Below are positions 27,203 to 32,000 of a DNA stretch of 32,000 nucleotides, one piece after another. Each line of letters opens with the position of its first letter. The stretch's first letter is position 1. The notes beneath the pieces are model-generated. The model ran no database searches, was not told where the DNA came from, and saw only the letters and a program-made list of their open reading frames with translations. This stretch comes from Candidatus Saccharimonadota bacterium (GTDB lineage Bacteria; Pseudomonadota; Gammaproteobacteria; Enterobacterales; Enterobacteriaceae), in the NCBI GenBank assembly GCA_049942965.1, contig CP188088.1:30001-62000 (forward strand), written 5' to 3'. The translations under genes were made by a program, and so were the position numbers.

Positions 27203-27353
27203 TTTTTTGTTTTAAAAAACAAAATATATTGATATTTTAAATATTAAATTTATTTTTTACTAAATTATGTTCTTAATTGTTTATAAATAAAATTATTAGT
27301 AATATAATTTATATGAAAGAAATATTTATTTTTTGTTTGTTTAAATTATATAT

Positions 27354-27740
27354 ATGAAATATACAATTATAGTTTCAGATGTATTGTTTGAAAATCAAAG
27401 ATCTACAACCGCATTTTTATTTTCTAGTACTATTATTTCTGTTGGTTTTAAAATTGTAAGTATTTTTTTTAATAGTAATGGAGTTTTCCATGCTAATAAA
27501 TTAATTTTTTCAAATGTTAATGAAAACAATTTAATCAATTCTTGGAGTAATTTTGGTTTAAAACACCAAATTCCTTTGTATGTTTGTGTAAATGATGCTT
27601 CAAAAAGAGGAATTGTTAATATAGAACAAGCTGAATTTAATGATTTTAAGGATAGTAATTTAGCAGAAGGATTTAAATTAACAGGATTAACACAGTTATT
27701 TTTTTCCATGCAACAGTCTGATAGAGTTATAAAATTTTAG
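27354..27740 (+). CDS. tusD: sulfurtransferase TusD (tRNA 2-thiouridine sulfur-relay subunit)
   Basis: 128 aa, colinear with E. coli TusD/YheN. FF...GV..AN, the active-site Cys context YVCVNDA (E. coli NICVAAA), GF.L.GL and DRV..F. It is followed by tusC and tusB in the conserved order. Confidence 0.85.
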   Translation: MKYTIIVSDVLFENQRSTTAFLFSSTIISVGFKIVSIFFNSNGVFHANKLIFSNVNENNLINSWSNFGLKHQIPLYVCVNDASKRGIVNIEQAEFNDFKDSNLAEGFKLTGLTQLFFSMQQSDRVIKF

Positions 27741-27815
27741 AGATTTATTTTTTTGATCTTTATATAGATTGTTGATAATCGTATTATAAAATTTTTTTAT
27801 ATTATTATTCATAAA

Positions 27816-28175
27816 ATGAAATCCATAGCTTTTACAATCAATCGATCCATTCATGGAAGTAATATTGGAATTGAAGGATTAAATGTAATTTTAGCCGCTG
27901 CAACGATACAGAACAATATAGGAATATTTTTCATTGGTGATGGAATATTACAAATACTAAATTTTAAAAATTCAGAAAACATTTTTTCTCGTAATTACCC
28001 TGCTTATTTTTTAATATTAGTTACTTATGGTATTAAAAAATTTTATGTTTGTAAGAAATCTTTGTTAGATAGAGATATTAACATTCAAAAAGTTTTTTTT
28101 ATAGATGTTATTGTTTTAGATCCTAATAAAATGAGAGAAAAAATAGATTCTTATGATTTAATTTTAAATTTTTAG
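27816..28175 (+). CDS. tusC: sulfurtransferase complex subunit TusC
   Basis: 119 aa. MKSIAF......HGS..G.EGL...LA......IG.FFIGDG. and YV C..SL..R resemble E. coli TusC/YheM. Its position between tusD and tusB supports the call. Confidence 0.82.
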   Translation: MKSIAFTINRSIHGSNIGIEGLNVILAAATIQNNIGIFFIGDGILQILNFKNSENIFSRNYPAYFLILVTYGIKKFYVCKKSLLDRDINIQKVFFIDVIVLDPNKMREKIDSYDLILNF

Positions 28176-28184
28176 GAATTTTAA

Positions 28185-28469
28185 ATGTTACATATATTAA
28201 TTTCCTCTCCTTTTTCTTGTAACATAGATTTATTATTTAATTATTTTAAGAAGAATGATTCTTTAGTAGCTGTACAAGATGGGGTAATTATTGCATTAAA
28301 AAATAGCATATTTTTTAAAAAAACTATTCAACTTAATAACTTATATGTTTTAAATAAAGATTTAGAAAATAGAGGATTAAGTTCATTTTTATCTCCTAAT
28401 TTTCGTTTAATTAATTATGATTATTTTGTAAGAATGACAATAAGTTATAGTAAAAGTATAAGTTGGTAA
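28185..28469 (+). CDS. tusB: sulfurtransferase complex subunit TusB
   Basis: 94 aa. MLH.L..SP, QDGV..A, Y.LN.DL..RGL, I.Y..FVR.T and a C-terminal W are colinear with E. coli TusB/YheL. The gene lies directly upstream of rpsL. Confidence 0.82.
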   Translation: MLHILISSPFSCNIDLLFNYFKKNDSLVAVQDGVIIALKNSIFFKKTIQLNNLYVLNKDLENRGLSSFLSPNFRLINYDYFVRMTISYSKSISW

Positions 28470-28532
28470 AGATTTTGTTTTTTTTAATGTTAGGTTTATA
28501 AGTAATTTAAATTAATTTAATTAGAGAGTTTT

Positions 28533-28907
28533 ATGACTACAATAAATCAATTAGTTCGTTTTCCTCGTTCAAAAAAAATCATAAAAAATAATGTTCCTGC
28601 TTTGTCTTGTTGTCCTCAAAAAAGAGGAGTTTGTTTACGAGTGTATACTACAACTCCAAAAAAACCGAATTCGGCTTTAAGAAAAGTCTGTCGTGTTCGT
28701 TTAACAAATGGTTTTGAAGTTACTGCATATATTGGTGGAGAAGGACATAATTTACAAGAACATTCTGTAATTTTAATAAGAGGGGGTAGGGTTAAAGATT
28801 TACCTGGAGTTAGATATCATGTAATTCGAGGTGCATTAGATTGCTCGGGTGTAAAAGATAGAAAAAAAAGTCGTTCTAAATATGGAGTAAAAAAGTCTAA
28901 AAAATAG
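28533..28907 (+). CDS. rpsL: 30S ribosomal protein S12
   Basis: [87 protein letters not shown] is near-identical to E. coli S12. Confidence 0.97.
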   Translation: MTTINQLVRFPRSKKIIKNNVPALSCCPQKRGVCLRVYTTTPKKPNSALRKVCRVRLTNGFEVTAYIGGEGHNLQEHSVILIRGGRVKDLPGVRYHVIRGALDCSGVKDRKKSRSKYGVKKSKK

Positions 28908-28946
28908 CTATTTAGAACTAATTATTAATAATTAATGAGGTTTAAT

Positions 28947-29417
28947 ATGCCACGTCGTCGTATAATTGGAAATAGAAAAATTTTACCTGATCCTAAATTT
29001 GGCTCAGAGTTATTAGCTAAATTTATAAATATATTAATGGTTGATGGGAAAAAATCTATTTCAGAATTTATCGTATATCGTGCTTTACAAGATTTATCGA
29101 GAAAATTAGGGAAAAATGAATTAGATTGTTTTGAAATTGCACTTGAAAATGTTCGTCCTACAGTTGAAGTAAAATCTCGTAGAGTTGGTGGTTCTACTTA
29201 TCAAGTTCCAGTAGAAGTAAGATCTGTTCGTAGAAATGCTTTAGCTATGAGATGGATAATTGAATCAGCCAGAAAAAGAACAGATAAGTCTATGTCTTTA
29301 AGACTATTCAAAGAATTGTTTGATGCTTTAGAAAATAAAGGAATGGCTGTTAAGAAAAAGGAAGATGTACATCGTATGGCTGAAGCAAATAAAGCGTTTG
29401 CTCATTATAGATGGTAA
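28947..29417 (+). CDS. rpsG: 30S ribosomal protein S7
   Basis: From ATG 28947 (GAGG 7 nt upstream) the product reads [34 protein letters not shown]...[34 protein letters not shown]...[12 protein letters not shown]. The ORF-track ATG at 28935 would add 4 residues not found in S7. Confidence 0.95.
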   Translation: MPRRRIIGNRKILPDPKFGSELLAKFINILMVDGKKSISEFIVYRALQDLSRKLGKNELDCFEIALENVRPTVEVKSRRVGGSTYQVPVEVRSVRRNALAMRWIIESARKRTDKSMSLRLFKELFDALENKGMAVKKKEDVHRMAEANKAFAHYRW

Positions 29418-29488
29418 AATGTTTTTATATTTTAACAAATAAAAATAATAATTAATTAAAAGTATTTATTAGGAATAACAAAAAATTA

Positions 29489-31594
29489 ATGACACGTAAA
29501 ACACCCATAATAAATTATAGAAATATTGGAATTAGCGCCCATATTGATGCAGGTAAAACAACAACTACAGAGAGGATTTTATTCTATACAGGTGTTAATC
29601 ATAAAATTGGTGAAGTTCATGATGGAGCAGCAACTATGGATTGGATGGAACAAGAACAAGAAAGAGGAATAACAATAACTTCAGCTGCGACAACTACTTT
29701 TTGGTCAGGAATGGCAAATCAGTTTTTACCTCATAGAATTAACATTATTGATACTCCAGGTCATGTAGATTTTACAATTGAAGTTGAACGTTCCATGCGT
29801 GTTTTAGACGGAGTTGTAATGGTTTATTGTGCAGTAGGAGGAGTTCAACCGCAATCTGAAACAGTATGGAGGCAAGCGAATAAATATAATGTTCCACGTA
29901 TTGCTTTTATAAATAAAATGGATCGTATGGGAGCTGACTTTTTTAAAGTTATAGAACAAATTAAAAATCGTTTAGGAACTGTACCTGTACCACTGCAATT
30001 AGCTATTGGATCTGAAGAAAGCTTTTCTGGAGTAATAGACTTAATAAAAATGAAGGCAATAAATTGGAATAATGATGATCAAGGATTGACATTTACTTAT
30101 GAGAATATCCCTAATAATTTATTAAAATTGTCAAATTATTGGCGAGAACACTTAATTGAATCTGCTGTAGAAAATGATGAAAAAATAATGGAGAAGTATT
30201 TGTCAGGAAAAACTATACAAGAAGAAGAAATTAAGTTAGCTCTACGAAATAGAGCTTTAAAAAACGAAATAATGTTAATTACTTGTGGATCAGCTTTTAA
30301 AAACAAAGGTGTTCAAGCATTATTAGATGCAATTATTGAATATTTACCATCTCCTGTTGATGTAAAATCTATGCAAGGGTTATTTAAGGACGATTCAAAT
30401 CAGACTAATAGACATTCTGAGGACGATAATCCATTTTCTGCTATTGCTTTTAAAATTGCTTCAGATCCATTTGTGGGGAATCTTACTTTTTTTAGAGTTT
30501 ATTCTGGAGTTGTTCGTTCAGGAGATACTGTATTTAATTCTGTTAAATTACATAAAGAACGATTTGGAAGAATAGTACAAATGCATGCAAATAAACGAGA
30601 TGAAATAAAGGAAGTTAGAGCTGGGGATATTGCAGCAGCAATTGGTTTAAAAAACGTAAGTACTGGAGATACTTTATGTGACTTAAATCATACAATCGTT
30701 TTAGAAAAAATGGATTTTCCTGATCCTGTAATTTCTATTTCTGTAGAACCTAAAACTAAAATAGATCAAGAAAAAATGGGAAATGCATTAACTAGATTAG
30801 CTAGAGAAGATCCTTCTTTTAAGGTTTGGGTAGATCATGAGTCTAATCAGACAATAATAGCTGGAATGGGAGAATTACATTTAGAAATTATTGTAGATAG
30901 AATGAAACGAGAATTTGGAGTAGAAGCAAATATTGGAACTCCTCAGGTTTCTTATAGAGAAACAATTAAAAATAATATAAAAAATGTTGAAGGGAAACAT
31001 ATTAAACAATCTGGTGGTAGAGGTCAGTACGGACATGTTGTAATTGATATTTTTCCATTAGAGCCTGGTGGTGAAGGTTATATTTTTTTAAATGAAATAA
31101 AAGGTGGGGTTATTCCTGGTGAATATATTCCGGCCGTAGATAAAGGAATTCAAGAACAATTGAAAAATGGTCCATTAGCAGGATATCCTGTAGTTGATAT
31201 TGGAATACGTTTAGTTTTTGGATCTTATCATGATGTAGATTCTTCGGAATTAGCGTTTAAAATTGCTGCTTCTATTGCTTTTAAAAGTGCTTTTAAGCAA
31301 GCAAATCCAGTTTTATTAGAACCTATTATGAAAGTTGAAGTAGAAACTCCAGAAAATTATATGGGTGAAGTAATAGGAGATTTAAGTCGACGTAGGGGAA
31401 TTATAGAGGGTATGGTCGATTCCTCATTTGGAAAAATAATTCGAGCTAAAGCACCTTTATCTGAAATGTTTGGGTATGCTACCGATTTGCGTTCTCAAAC
31501 TCAAGGACGAGCTTCTTATTCTATGGAGTTTTTAAAATATTCAGAAGCACCTGTTATTGTTTCTAAAAATATTATTGATAATAAAAAGAAATAA
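29489..31594 (+). CDS. fusA: translation elongation factor G
   Basis: [63 protein letters not shown] and GMGELHLEI. The product is 701 aa, and the gene follows rpsG in str-operon order. Confidence 0.97.
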   Translation: MTRKTPIINYRNIGISAHIDAGKTTTTERILFYTGVNHKIGEVHDGAATMDWMEQEQERGITITSAATTTFWSGMANQFLPHRINIIDTPGHVDFTIEVERSMRVLDGVVMVYCAVGGVQPQSETVWRQANKYNVPRIAFINKMDRMGADFFKVIEQIKNRLGTVPVPLQLAIGSEESFSGVIDLIKMKAINWNNDDQGLTFTYENIPNNLLKLSNYWREHLIESAVENDEKIMEKYLSGKTIQEEEIKLALRNRALKNEIMLITCGSAFKNKGVQALLDAIIEYLPSPVDVKSMQGLFKDDSNQTNRHSEDDNPFSAIAFKIASDPFVGNLTFFRVYSGVVRSGDTVFNSVKLHKERFGRIVQMHANKRDEIKEVRAGDIAAAIGLKNVSTGDTLCDLNHTIVLEKMDFPDPVISISVEPKTKIDQEKMGNALTRLAREDPSFKVWVDHESNQTIIAGMGELHLEIIVDRMKREFGVEANIGTPQVSYRETIKNNIKNVEGKHIKQSGGRGQYGHVVIDIFPLEPGGEGYIFLNEIKGGVIPGEYIPAVDKGIQEQLKNGPLAGYPVVDIGIRLVFGSYHDVDSSELAFKIAASIAFKSAFKQANPVLLEPIMKVEVETPENYMGEVIGDLSRRRGIIEGMVDSSFGKIIRAKAPLSEMFGYATDLRSQTQGRASYSMEFLKYSEAPVIVSKNIIDNKKK

Positions 31595-31621
31595 TTTTGT
31601 TTAAAACAAAAAATCTTTTTT

Positions 31622-31679
31622 ATTTTAGTTATTTATATTTTTATGTATAAATTTTAGTTATTTATATTTTTATATATAA
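31622..31679. repeat. 29-bp tandem duplication (2 copies, 1 mismatch) in the fusA-tufA spacer
   Basis: 31622-31650 (attttagttatttatatttttatGtataa) is repeated at 31651-31679 (attttagttatttatatttttatAtataa). The only difference is 31645 G versus 31674 A. Confidence 0.9.
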
Positions 31680-31688
31680 ATTAAATAA

Positions 31689-32000
<312 letters not shown>

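Noticed and set aside
27205-27224. AT-only palindromes after argD (ttttgttttaaaaaacaaaa, 27205-27224) and fusA (31595-31611) as intrinsic terminators
   Set aside because: The stems contain at most one G-C pair, the loops are 1-2 nt, and there is no convincing downstream T-run. I cannot distinguish them from background AT palindromes, although the similarity of the two sequences is noted.
27395-27709. 104-aa minus-strand ORF antisense to tusD. Similar shadow ORFs lie at 2480-2743, 3844-4062, 6473-6682, 7993-8178, 11092-11283, 13391-13603, 21357-21614 and 21897-22106.
   Set aside because: Each is fully or largely nested antisense, or out of frame, within a confidently identified conserved gene. 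All are short, compositionally biased and lack an SD. They are typical shadow ORFs.

Overview
The window is a contiguous piece of a highly reduced, extremely AT-rich gammaproteobacterial chromosome. Coding regions are roughly 25-28% GC and spacers are far lower. Gene content, protein sequences and residual E. coli-like synteny (purA-rnr, rpsF-rpsR-rplI, mutY-yggX, aroK-aroB-rpe-trpS, tusDCB-rpsL-rpsG-fusA-tufA) fit an obligate insect endosymbiont of the Buchnera aphidicola type; I cannot verify the strain without a database search. I call 33 protein-coding genes (purA and tufA are cut by the window edges), all housekeeping, plus three tRNAs: Ile2-CAU, Asn-GUU and Ser-GGA. I see no CRISPR array, IS element, phage gene, toxin-antitoxin pair, defence island or other accessory module, so I do not think a novel multi-gene system is present. 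The signals worth a second look are genome-decay and regulatory features. (1) The 1.57-kb gap between ansA and deoB is a colinear, stop-riddled relic of prfC (release factor 3). (2) rnr (RNase R) seems to have its real start and Shine-Dalgarno (SD) ribosome-binding site 155 nt upstream in another frame, joined only if one A is added in an A10 tract; this is a candidate for transcriptional slippage or a homopolymer sequencing error. (3) ibpA has a near-consensus sigma-32 heat-shock promoter whose spacer is a slippage-prone A tract, and a 5' UTR hairpin that buries the SD. (4) Very long in-frame homopolymers (up to 17 nt) lie inside pyrE, deoD, hemW and tsgA. (5) Small tandem duplications lie in the spacers, and several E. 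coli neighbour genes (priB, damX, dam, gph) have been lost. All reference protein sequences used for comparison are recalled from memory, not searched.
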